From Trichosphaerium sp. ATCC 40318 (lineage: Eukaryota > Protista > Tubulinea), in NCBI GenBank assembly GCA_038496445.1, contig JALMLS010000354.1, forward strand, positions 538,045 to 602,044: 64,000 bases of DNA. The letters run 5' to 3'. Within the stretch, counting starts at the first letter, position 1. Each line of letters starts with the position of its first letter. Below the pieces are notes generated by a model. It saw nothing but the letters and a program-made list of their open reading frames with translations, did no database searches and was not told the origin of the DNA. A program made the translations under genes and the position numbers. Shown here one piece after another: positions 49,552 to 61,700 of the stretch.

Positions 49552-51132
49552 AGAAAAACCTAGTATTAAAGAAAAAAAAAATAATCTTGTACCAACACAT
49601 TGTCTTCGATTTTTCATGGACACAATCCACACCGATTTGCTTGAATGTAGTTTAAGCAAATTGACACATTAAAGAGAGTTCTCAGTCGTTAAGATTATGT
49701 CACATTCCAAAGACTATCTTTCAGTCAACCATAAAGGAACATTTGGATTCAACTATGAAATATGTTCGTAGAGACTACCATTAGACCTAAAGGTGCTGAA
49801 GTAAAAATGGAAAAAAAGACAGACATACGAGTATGACGGAGTTTGGAAAGCTACACACCGTAGGGAATAAAAATGGAAAAAACATGGAAAACTTGGGTTA
49901 AGTTTTACTATTGGCAAGCTGTCACAAACAACAGTGGTACCTAGTTCTTATAGAGTGATATACTATAGGTACCACTGTTGTTTGCGACAGTCTTGCCAAT
50001 AGTAAGACTGAACCCAAGCATTGCAGTCTTCTTCCTTCGCTTCCGCAAGTTTCCTGCAAATTGGCAGGAGAACAGTTCCCAGTGGCGACATTACTGAACT
50101 CAAACAAGTCTGTCATTGCAATAGCGTGCACTCATTTATCACGCATAGGAATATTAAACGGTTAGGCAAAGCGAACTGTGAACTACCACTTACTTCACCG
50201 TTAACCGATTCTGTGCCTATTCGCCAACAATATGGATCAAGAGCTCCTTTCTACAGCAATTGCGAAAAACCAACAAGCAGACGAGACACAAGAACAGGTA
50301 TCCGCTCTCCTCGCATTGCCAATTGAAATAATAGCACAAATACTGAAGTGTGGCTCATTTACACTGCGTTCTGCGCTAACATGTCATTTACTGCGCGATA
50401 TCGTACGTAATCACGTTGGATACAATACCATCGTGGTTACTAGAGAAGAAGAATTGTATGAGCTGTCTGGCAGCCCTATGCTTCAAAACTCAACTATTTC
50501 ATTGCAACGCTTTACAAAGGTAACTGATAATCAGTTATCCTTGCTTAAAGGTGTACATACAATTGACATCTCAGGTTGTCGGAAACTCACAGAAAGATGT
50601 CTTATTCATCTCAGAGGTACTCATAGTATAGACATGAGTTATGGCTTTGCTACAGACTCTACACTTCGTAAACTTGCTGGTATACATACATTGAAACTTG
50701 AAGGTTGTAAAAAAATTACAGATGAAGGTATAGAAGCATTAGCTGGTATACATACAATTCATTTATCATGTACAAATGTCACAGATAGAGGTCTCAAGTC
50801 TTTGGCTGGAGTACATACAATAGATATAAGTGAAACCAAAGTAACAGATGAGGGTATAAAGGCGTTGGCTGGTGTACATGAAATTGATGTAAGTTTTACA
50901 GGGGTAACAGATAAAGGTTTGAAGGCGTTAGTAGGCGTACATACAATCATGTTAAATGGAACAAGTGTGACACATGAAGGTATTAAAGACTTATCTGGAG
51001 TACACACAATTGAGTTGTGGAATTGTGACCATATCAAAGATGCCGGAGTGAAAGCACTAAAGGGTGTTTATTCAATCAATTTAAGTCATTGTCGTAATAT
51101 TACAGCTATGGGTATCAAAGAATTGGCTGGTG
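44281..51132 (+). repeat. Left arm of large inverted duplication (probably extends further left)
   Basis: Reverse complement of 57075-64000 with roughly 1% differences; same ORFs mirrored in the ORF track. Confidence 0.97.
49664..49915 (+). pseudogene. MORN-variant/F-box-like relic, heavily deleted copy
   Basis: Counterpart of 58300-58622 carrying five extra indels. Confidence 0.45.
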
Positions 51133-51546
51133 TTCATGATATCAACTTAACTTTTGCAGACATAACAGATGAAGGTTTAAAAGCATTGTGGCGTACATAC
51201 TATTAACTTGCGTCACTGTAAATCAATATCAGACGAAGGCATCAAAGCATTGGCTGGTGTTCATACAATTAATCTATCGCACACTAAGGTGACAGATGAA
51301 GGCATTGAGTACTTGGCAGGGGTACACAAGATTGATTTATCACATACAAGAGTGACGAATGAAGGCTTGAGAGCATTGGCTGGTGTATACGCTATCAATT
51401 TAGATTATTGTTTGTTGATAACAGATAATGGTGTAAAAGCATTGGTTGGTGTCCGTGATATTTCTTTACAGGACACAAATGTAACTCAAGAAGGTGTCAA
51501 GGTATTGGTTGGCACACATAGCATTCGCCTAAACAATCCGTGGTGA
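50232..51546 (+). CDS. Intronless F-box + LRR protein, frameshifted near 51189
   Basis: LLALPIEIIAQIL F-box; GVHTIDIS..VTDEGIKALA repeats continue in the next frame (51208-51546); 2 nt missing from GCA TTG (GC)T GGC. Confidence 0.85.
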
Positions 51547-52047
51547 GATTAATGGACCGGCTTAACAATTCCCTCAAAATGTACAAAAAAAAAGCAGAAT
51601 TCCCAATGATCCTTCGCAACGTTGGTGACTATTTTAAAGCTGTACAACAATTGCTAAACAATTTATACATCAACTTGAGTATTTCCCAGTGCTTGTTTGC
51701 TAACAGAGTTCTATTGTTACTACAATGAGAATCCTTTTCTGCAGTATTTTAATAAAGCATGGAACCCATTGTTCAAACGTGACTTTGTAGGCATTCAACG
51801 ATATCTTTGATGCAAACAGTTTCTGACAAACAGAAACAATTTGAGAAGTCAACTTACTATAAGCGGAACGGCATTAGGCGGTGGCAATTAAAGTGAGAGG
51901 TTCGATCAATTTGTTCTAGTAACACTGGTTGGGTGGACAACTCGGTAAATATTGTAGTTTAAAAGCAGGAAAAGATGCTAAGGAGCAGGTAATTTAGAAA
52001 AAACATGATTCTTGTTTTGCTACTCTACACTAACATAATCATTGCCT

Positions 52048-53389
52048 TCAAAGCCTATAATAACGCACAGCGTTACTATAAAATAACTTTCGTCTATCAG
52101 CTTTGCTAAAATCCTTTGTAATGTCTTTGAATGCTGTCCATAGTTTATCGTATGAGGAGAGTAGTTTGTCCACGGGGAAGTTGCTTGCGAACATACATCT
52201 ATCGACACCAAAAATCTCAATTGTCTTCAATACAAATGGAGAAAAGCTTTCTACTGTCCAATCATGGTCAAACATGCCTATGAGGTAGTAATTAATGAGA
52301 ATGATCTAAAAGAGGAAGCTTGAAAACAGTACCTAATCCAGAAATTTTAATACCAACGTTTGGGAACCTAAAAAATAGCTTAGTACTCTGTTGTCACGTG
52401 ATTTTATAATACCTAGCAACATTCTTCATAGCGTCTTCCCATTCTTTAAACGCTTCTGGAGTACGCTCAATACACATACCTATGAGATAATCTTTAGAGC
52501 CTAAAGTAACGTTTACGGTCAAAAGAATACTAACCCGTGTGATTTACTATAAAAGTTAGTTCTGGTAACTTTTCTATTATAGGTACGAGCTCTCCAACTT
52601 GGTGAGGGTACAGATGTGTTTCGAAATGTAGATTATACTTGGGTAACAAAGCAAGACCTTTTTGCCATTGTGGGTCAATAAGAAAATTCTTTGGAGCAAA
52701 AGAATATTCTGGCTTCTTTTCATGCCAGTTAAGAAGTTGTCTTATACCCCTAAATACAACGTTTCGTGTCATTTCGTGTCACGTGATTTGGTAAAATTAC
52801 TTATGGTTCTCCATACCTCAAGTTTTTGCACACGGCATGTTTCTTCAATGCATCTTCAACGCAGGGATCCTCCAAGTTTACTTTGGCCGAAATACCCTGA
52901 GGAAAATCATTCTCTCCTAAATAAAAATTAACAACTAAAAAATGACGTGTTACCAAGCCCTGTGCGAGTGTAAAACCCTATCAACATTACCATACAAGGC
53001 GCAAAAAACTTACCTTTACTTTTAGCATCATCGGCAAGTTTTTGGAGCCATAATGTCTCTTTTAGCGAGTCCTCTGCTTCTGCTTGTATATGAACTGAAT
53101 AAAACTGTCAAAAAAGAAGAACTAGACAAAATACAATTCAACTCGCCTGATTTCGTTACGTTTTGGTTTTTATTATCTTTTTTATAATCACCAGGAAGGT
53201 AGTTATCGCGTATATGGACCAGTTTGCCTGCTATATGATCTTCACCTTCAAAAAAGTTATAAAAAACGTTAAACTTGGCCTTTCGCTTTAAAAAATGCGT
53301 AGACTTATACCTTGAAGCCATTTGTACTCATTAGCTTCGTGTGACCAAAAGTGGTGGTGTGGATCACAAATTTCAAATTGCTCTGCCAT
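52048..53389 (-). CDS. Amidohydrolase_2 family (sugar lactonase-like)
   Basis: ICDPHHHFW, VHIQAE, RGIRQLLNWH, FIVNHTG, KISGLG, FGVDRCMFASNFPVD. Confidence 0.9.
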
Positions 53390-53896
53390 TGGTAAAGACT
53401 TTTCAAAAAAGCTTTTTACGGATAAGGCATTTTACTAAGTTTGACATTTCATTCGCTTCTTTCTTTACAACATCAACAATCTACGACATCCTTCACGTCA
53501 CAACAATCTTTGAAGTAGAAGAAATGACGTAACACATCTCATACAGTTATTCAAACTACTCAAGGTAGTAATGAGCTTAAACAGCAAACAACAACATTAA
53601 CTACAAAAAAATACAACACGTGATGCGTGTGTTGATGACACGCTTTTAATACCGTACCAGTACAAGCATGTTGAACTCACGGTATGTTCACGCATGTGGT
53701 ATGGTCAAAGACGTGAGAGTAGTTCAAACGAGAGCGGAATGAATGCACAACAAAAAATACTCTCAACAGCTTTGAATACGTTGTTTAACCTGATTACGTT
53801 ATACGTCACTTGTAGTTGCACTCATTGGACCAAAATGCGGACAGCTGTTTAAGGAAAGTTGTTTGTAACTTAAGTATTTTACTCGGATTCACAACC

Positions 53897-56426
53897 ATGT
53901 TCGCAAGACTAGCATCACGAAGCACACAGGTATGTATGTATTATACTTGCTCAAACTCAATGAGTTTATCTATTAGATTTCCGCACGCGCTACAGCTCCA
54001 GCTGTCTCTAAAAAGAGCTACGCTACTGTACAAGATGAATCTGTACGTTTGACAAGTTGTCGTAAAAATTAAACTCTGGTGTAGGGTCTCAAAGAGCGAG
54101 TCCGCGCTTTGATCCCAGAAAAGACTGCAGAGATCGTTGAGCTTCGTAAACAGGTCGGCAGCACTGTCATTGGACAATGTACCGTTGATCAAGTAAGATC
54201 CCCTTTTAGTGATTTAAACACGTTCTCACACTAATAAATAGGCATACGGTGGTATGCGCGGTGTTAAGAGCATGGTTTCAGATATTTCTCTACTTGACGC
54301 TGAAGAGGTGCGGAAAAATAATCACGGACACATAAATTATGCCTAGAGAATATTTCAAAGCACTTTCCAAAACATTCGTCATGTTATTGCTTTTCATTAT
54401 CTTACGAGTTTTTAGGGTATCCGATTCCGTGGCTTGTCCATTCCACAATGCCAAGAGCAACTCCCAAAGGCTGCGGGTACGTTGTAGTCTTTTAGCCGTT
54501 AGAAAACCCTTCAAGGCAGTTTATGATGCACAACAAGCCACTAGAGTGCTACTACTATTTATGGTGGTACACTATGACGGAGGCGCAGGGGCGCTGATTA
54601 GCCACTTAGCATGAAAAAGCATATTTTATGTAAATGGTTTAAAAAGTCTTACTTTATCTCAAGGCGGTAAGGAACCACTCCCAGAAGCTTTGACTTGGCT
54701 CCTTCTCACAGGCGAGGTATGTTTTATCATTTTCTCTGTTGGTTCCCAACTTTAAGCGTAAGGGTCTGCAATTTAGTTCTCACAATGCGCTTTAGGTCCC
54801 AACAGTTGATCAAACTAAGGCTGTAACCGCTGAATTGAACAAACGTGCTGGTCTTCCAGAGCACGTCACCAACATGCTCAAAGCATTCCCAAAGGACTTG
54901 CACCCAATGAGCCAATTTTCTGCTGGTGTTTTGGGTACGTATTGACGAGAACGCCAGGAAATCCTGTTTTTCGAAGACAAAATGCTGACGTTTTCAACTA
55001 GCCTTGCAAAGAGACAGTTTGTTCGCAAAGGCATACCAAGACGGTGTCCGCAAGAGCGAATACTGGGATTCCACTTTTGAAGATTCCCTTAACTTGATCG
55101 CCAAGCTCCCAGAGCTCAGCGCAACCATCTACAGGTAAAGAGCCACAAACGTTCGTCTTTATTGAATACACATTTACTCTTCCGTTTAGAAACGTATACA
55201 AAGACGGTGTTGTAGCTCCAGTTGATCCAAACCTTGATTACTCCGCAAACTACGCTAGGTAAACTTTTCTTTTGATTTATTTCATTTTATCGGTTTTTTT
55301 TGTATCATCTCTAATACGTTTTCAGACAACTCGGTTTCAACGACCCTACCATTGATGACTTGCTCCGTTTGTACTTGGTTATTCACAGCGACCACGAAGC
55401 TGGTAACGTCAGGTAAGATTTCTCCTTCTTTTATTTTTGTAATTTTCACTGTAGTGCCCACACAACCCACTTGGTCGGTTCTGCTCTTTCTGATCCATAC
55501 CTCGCATTCTCTGCTGGTCTTAACGGACTCGCTGGACCACTTCACGGTCTTGCTAACCAAGAGGTATTAAAACCAACCTTATTTACCTACAAAGAACTTA
55601 CCGATTATTCAAGGTCCTCTCATGGCTCAACGGTGTCCAAAAGGAACTCAACGGTGCTGAACCAACTAACGAGAACATCTACCAAGCTATCAAGAATACT
55701 CGTGACTCAGGTCGTGTTGTTCCTGGATTTGGTCATGCTGTACTCAGGTAAAAATGGAAACCCTATCCACAAAAATCAAAAACTGAAAACTTTTCCGAAT
55801 TTTTTTATTTTTTACTTTTTTCTCACTTGCACTCACTTACATGAACTTTAGAAAGACTGATCCTCGTTACACTGCTCAACGTGAGTTTGCTTTGAAACAT
55901 ATGGCTGGTACGTATTTATTTGAGAATACTGCAGAAAAGTTTTTTCTAAACTGATTATCACAGATGATCCATTGTTCAAATTGGTATCAAAGGTTTACGA
56001 AGTTGCTCCTGATGCTCTCACCAAGCTCAGCCGCACCAAAAACCCATACCCTAACGTAGACGCCCACAGGTACGAGTTGTATCTTCATTGATCGCTTTTT
56101 GAATCGATTGAAAGATGAAATAGTTTTCTCAAGTTTTATTACTTTAATCTAATCGTTTTCGTTAGCGGATGCTTGTTGATGCACTACGGTATCACTGAGC
56201 AAAACTTCTACACAGTTATGTTTGGAGTATCCAGGTACGGCTTGAAAAAACGCTTGCTTATGTGAAAAGCACTGCGATGCGTCAACTATAACTCAACTAA
56301 CCATCTCCCTTTAGAGCTTTGGGTGTCCTCTCCAACCAAGTTTGGAGCCGCGCTTTCTCTATGCCTATCGAAAGACCAAAATCAGTCACCACTGAATGGA
56401 TCAAAAACAACGTCAAGGCCCAATAA
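53897..56426 (+). CDS. CS: Mitochondrial citrate synthase, about 15 exons
   Basis: Presequence [10 protein letters not shown]; AYGGMRG; [13 protein letters not shown]; [11 protein letters not shown]; [15 protein letters not shown]; PNVDAHSG. Confidence 0.97.
54515..54603 (+). ncRNA. Candidate intronic box C/D snoRNA
   Basis: In the long intron 54477-54663: ATGATG box C (54523), internal hairpin, ATGACG C'-like box, CTGA box D (54594), GGC/GCC terminal pairing; GC-richer than other introns. Confidence 0.45.
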
Positions 56427-57048
56427 ATGTATGTTGCAAGTTTTTCTAACAATTAGCCGATCAATACGAAAAAAAATAAAAATACCGCGCTTGTTATGCA
56501 ACAAAAACCTAATACTATGACTTTGTTTTTGTTTTTAGTTGGTTCCAGTATGTTTCCGGTGGGTTTCGCGCTTTATAGGACAATTTGGAAAATGTACGAA
56601 GCCTAAGAAAACTTTCTAAAACGGTTTAAAATCCGTAATTCTATTCTGAATAGACCCGCAGGGTAGTAGTTGTTGTTAAAATCGCAAAAAAATCGAGTTG
56701 TGTTCGGTACATCGTCGTAAAAACCCCATTTGTTTAATTTCTCCTGTTATGGTTTAGTTCTTGCAGCGGTAATGCGCTTGCACTATTCTGTGCTTACCGT
56801 GCAAACGTTTTATGCGTTCGCCTTTGGAAAAGGCGCTAGGAAAAACTGTTTAGCAACTCCAAGCAAAACTAAGTGCTCCTTAGCATTCTAGTCACATAAA
56901 ATGATGCGCGCGATGCTTTTTTTACCGCAAAGATTTAGTGCGGTTGCAAGTCGACTTGTTTTTGTGTTCACCTAGAAAGCTTTTCCTTGACGTCACAAAC
57001 GATTTCATTGATGAACTTACTTATCAACAGACAAGAAAGCAAAAGTTC

Positions 57049-57975
57049 TTATTTGTCCGTTGATACTCCGTTTTCACCAGCCAATTCTTTGATACCCATA
57101 GCTGTAATATTACGACAATGACTTAAATTGATTGAATAAACACCCTTTAATGCTTTCACTCCGGCATCTTTGATATGGTCACAATTCCATAACTCAATTG
57201 TGTGTACTCCAGATAACTCTTTAATACCTTCATGTGTCACACTTGTTCCATTTAACATGATTGTATGTACACCTACTAACGCCTTCAAACCTTCATCTGT
57301 TACCCCTGTAAAACTTACATCAATTTCATGTACACCAGCCAACGCCTTTATACCCTCATCTGTTACTTTGGTTTCACTTATATCTATTGTATGTACACCA
57401 GCCAAAGACTTGAGACCTCTATCTGTCACATTTGTACATGATAAATGAATTGTATGTATACCAGCTAATGCTTCTATACCTTCATCTGTAATTTTTTTAC
57501 AACCTTCAAGTTTTAATGTATGTATACCAGCAAGTTTACGAAGTGTAGAGTCTGTAGCAAAGCCATAACTCAAGTCTATACTATGAGTACCTCTGAGATG
57601 AATAAGACATCTTTCTGTGAGTTTCCGACAACCTGAGATGTCAATTGTATGTACACCTTTAAGCAAGGATAACTGATTATCAGTTACCTTTGTAAAGCGT
57701 TTCAATGAAATAGTCGAGTTTTGAAGCATAGGGCTGCCAGACAGCTCATACAATTCTTCTTCTCTAGTAACCACGATGGTATTGTATCCAACGTGATTAC
57801 GTACGATATCGCGCAGTAAATGACATGTTAGCGCAGAACGCAGTGTAAATGAGCCACACTTCAGTATTTGTGCTATTATTTCAATTGGCAATGCGAGGAG
57901 AGCGGATACCTGTTCTTGCGTCTCGTCTGCTTGTTGGTTTTTCGCATTTGCTGTAGAAAGGAGCTCTTGATCCAT
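57049..57975 (-). CDS. F-box + LRR protein, copy 2, truncated at duplication breakpoint
   Basis: Nearly identical to 50232 up to KELAG, then an unrelated tail ENGVSTDK and stop. Confidence 0.85.
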   Translation of the reverse strand: MDQELLSTANAKNQQADETQEQVSALLALPIEIIAQILKCGSFTLRSALTCHLLRDIVRNHVGYNTIVVTREEELYELSGSPMLQNSTISLKRFTKVTDNQLSLLKGVHTIDISGCRKLTERCLIHLRGTHSIDLSYGFATDSTLRKLAGIHTLKLEGCKKITDEGIEALAGIHTIHLSCTNVTDRGLKSLAGVHTIDISETKVTDEGIKALAGVHEIDVSFTGVTDEGLKALVGVHTIMLNGTSVTHEGIKELSGVHTIELWNCDHIKDAGVKALKGVYSINLSHCRNITAMGIKELAGENGVSTDK

Positions 57976-58299
57976 ATTGTTGGCGAATAGGCACAGAATC
58001 GGTTAACGGTGAAGTAAGTGGTAGTTCACAGTTCGCTTTGCCTAACCGTTTAATATTCCTATGCGGCGTGATAAATGAGTGCACGCTATTGCAATGACAG
58101 ACTTTGTTGTGTTCAGTAATGTCGCCACTGGGAACTGTTCTCCTGCCAATTTGCAGGAAACTTGCGGAAGCGAAGGAAGAAGACTGCAATGCTTGGGTTC
58201 AGTCTTACTATTGACAAGACTGTTGCAAACAATAGTGGTACCTATAGTATATCACTCTATAAGAACTAGGTACCACTGTTGTTTGTGACAGCTTGCCAA

Positions 58300-58622
58300 T
58301 AGTAAAACTTAACCCAAGTTTTCCATGTTTTTTCCATTTTTATTCCCTACGGTGTGTAGCTTTCCAAACTCCTCCGTCATACTCGTATGTCTCAGAAAAC
58401 CCGTCTTTAATTTTTCCTTCTTTATACTGTAGATATGTACTACTATCACTTCAGCACGTGGTGAAAGCACCCTTTAGGTCTAATGGTAGTCTCTACGAAC
58501 AGGAAACACTATTTCATAGTTGAATCCATGCACAACAAACAAATGTTCCTTTATGGTTGACTGAAAGATAGTCTTTGGAATGTGACATAATCTTAACGAC
58601 TGAGAACTCTCTTTAATGTGTC
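58300..58622 (-). pseudogene. MORN-variant/F-box-like relic, less decayed copy
   Basis: LRLCHIPKTIFQSTIKEHLF, then YLQYKEGKIKDGFSETYEYDG and KKHGK, interrupted by stops. Confidence 0.5.
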
Positions 58623-58737
58623 AATTTGCTTAAACTACATTCAAGCAAATCGGTGTGGATTGTGTCCATGAAAAATCGAAGACAATGTGTTGGTACAAGA
58701 TTATTTTTTTTTTCTTTAATACTAGGTTTTTCTTTCT

Positions 58738-61700
58738 TTACAATGAGTTAGCATCTTGGTCTTCTTCTTCAAATTTTATATCATTTCGTTTGACAGGAAC
58801 AGTAGATGTTGATTGAGAATGTGACCTACTAATAGATCGCGGTGAAGTGGTTCTACCGTTATCACTAACTTTTTCAAAAGGAATTGAATTAGCCTTTATA
58901 ATTTCTCTTTTTGGCTTTCTTTTCACTCTACGCCTGTGCATGGAGTTATCCTTACCTAATAACACGTGTCAATATAAAATAAATATAGTACTTAGAAAAC
59001 AAACAAAAAGAATCTTCATGATGTTCTTCTGGCGTCGTGGAGAGCCAAAAATAATTTAAACAGCAATTTAAGTTCTTTTTTTTTGGAATTGTTACACGTC
59101 CGTCGGTTGTTTTACAAAACAAGATACGTAGTAAATAGGTTAAAAATAAAAACAGAATGTGATGAAGTAATGCTCGAAAATTTTCAGTCACGTGATGTGC
59201 TTCTAAGCAGAAAAACATAAATTTTGATTTTTGAAAAAAACTCCCTACCCCCCTAATGCTTACCTGTCATAAAACCTTTAGCATTAAGCTCCATTGCCAC
59301 AGGTGATATTTTATCAACGTCTTGATTCCTGTGTCTTACATTGTTTAATCTTGATTTATTTTTTCCGCTCAATTTAAGATGCTCATGTCTATCAAAAACA
59401 GTAACAACCTTTTCCTCTGATTTCTGTCTCCTGTGATTACCACTTTTTTCTTCATTGGATTTTATTTTCTTATCTTTTTTCATTGATGATGACTCTTGAT
59501 CTTCACCATCGAGTGCTCTAGAACGTTGTCTATTGTATTTTGTCTTTCTTAGTGAAATACTATCTAAGCATTGAGGATAAAATGGTTAGCACAAGCAAGA
59601 CAGTAATGAACAAAAACAAACTTTTTTCTGTAGAACAAAACAAAATCAGCTATTCTTCGTTTCTTCAAAACACTTTGATACATATCATGTGCTTAGAAAA
59701 GATCATTTGCAATTTTGTTGTTTCACGTGATGCAAAGTTATAAGCAGGAAGAGGAAAAGTGTTTTTTTTAAAAGCAAGATATATCAAAGAAAAAAAAGCA
59801 AAAAATCCACGTGGTGGACGGATTTTGTTTTAAGGGCACCTAAATGTCTTCGACACATACCTTTACGTCTTCTTGGAGGGTCAACTTTTGAAGAAGATCT
59901 AAGAGGTTTATGACCGACCATTTTGCTATCTTCCTCACTATCATCATTCTCATCGGTACTCTCATCTTTATCTCCCGGAGCAACCTTCTCTTCTTCTACC
60001 ATAGCCCTTGCTGCTTTTGCTATAAGTCTATCTGTTTCATCATCATGCATTGTTTGTTGTACATCAGATGTAGGCTGAGGTACTTTACCAGTAGCTTTCA
60101 ACAAAGCATCTGTTAATTCTTTGTATTTTTGTTCTTTTTTCTTTAAAAGGATAAAAGCTCGTTTAAGCGTCCTCTTGAGCTTCTCGTTCTGATCAAGTAC
60201 TTTGACTAGTGATTCTTCATACATTCCTAGCTCCCCTGATACTTGTGGTTTGAGGTCAGGGTTCCATCTAAAATAGAATTTCTGCCAAACGTTCATCTTT
60301 CTTACATCAACCGCAGGATAAAGAGGTGCGCTCTTAATGTGTGAAGCCATTTCGTTTGTCGTTCTATTATCAACTACACTCACTAAATATAAGTCCGTAT
60401 ATGCATGAAAGGATAAACAAACCCATAACAGAGGGTAGTTTTAAGAGCAAATAGAGCGCTGGCATTTTTTGTTCTTGTTTTTTTTCGAATTTCTGAGAGG
60501 TACGCACGTGTTTTTGAAAGATTATAAAACGGATTTTTGAAGAGGTGCTTCTTTTGCTCTATGTAATCCCACAATGAAGGTGTTCTTGCATGTATTTTAC
60601 GATCTCTGCGTTCCTTCTCTGAGTCGCACAAAAATGTACCAAAAGCACAACTATAACAGTGTTCACAAAGAACTAGCAAGTACTCCTGTTTGTAAAGAAT
60701 GAAGTAAGACAAAAAATCGCAACACATAACTGTTTGTTGACATAACGAATTAAATGGTATGGCTTAACTGTTTTTCCCGTTTTATGAATAAAATAGGAAT
60801 ACGTACTTCGTTGAACTCAAAAGCAAACGGATACTCCACTTGGATATAGTGAACACACTCTAGAAACTGTAGAAATATAGGTGCTTGATAATCATCTTTT
60901 TGACTACTTCCTTGATGTCCACATCTGAGATAAATAAGCGTATAAACATGTGATGTCTGGTCTACCTTTCTGCAAATTGGTGACCAAATGAAAGCCACTC
61001 CATGTCAATCAATACCTATCACATTATGAGCTATTATCTTTTTTCTCAGGGTCGAGGAAGCCTAAAATAGAGTCTACAAGTACCTGGAATCCTTTTATAG
61101 TGCGGTAATATGGGTCCATAAGTAACTTTGCAAGACCGCATATTTGAGAAGTACGATCCCAGCCGTCACTAAAGAATATGTTAGTTTCATTGTTTTTGTT
61201 AAAATCTTGCCTGCAATGAACTAGTACAGAACATGCACGCTCTTCCATGACTTCAACAACACGTCTTGCGCCGCGAAGAATGTTAAATAAGTAACCGAAC
61301 CATCCTACATAAAATTAAATATAACTTGTCAAACGCACGTGATAAAAATAACAAAACCCTTTTTGGTAGTCTACTTACCCGAAGCGTCTAGATGTGCAAA
61401 GTAAGATCTAGATTCCTTTCCCGTTGTATTACACGGCATCGAGCCTAGCTCATGAAGTTTCTTCCAAGAGTTTCTTACATCATGAATGTTACCAATATTC
61501 AAATACTTTAGCTTGAACCATTTACCCCTCTGAAAACAATCTTTTTTAAATATCTGTGTTCTAATACAAAATATATTACCTTTACTTCTTCTGAACCGCC
61601 ACCGACTGCTCTATTCGCAACTGCTACAATCCGCGGTCTTGCATCAAGAATATAAACGACCTCTATAAACGAAGACGAATGAGTATAAAACAAAAAGCTA

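Noticed and set aside
51975-56886. 13-bp inverted match atgctaaggagca (51975-51987 and 56874-56886) as transposon ends
   Set aside because: Expected about once by chance in 6 kb; no transposase or target-site duplication.
57010-57075. Weak resemblance of ENGV/NGQIRTFAF to ribosomal protein S21
   Set aside because: Needs a frameshift and the downstream residues do not match.
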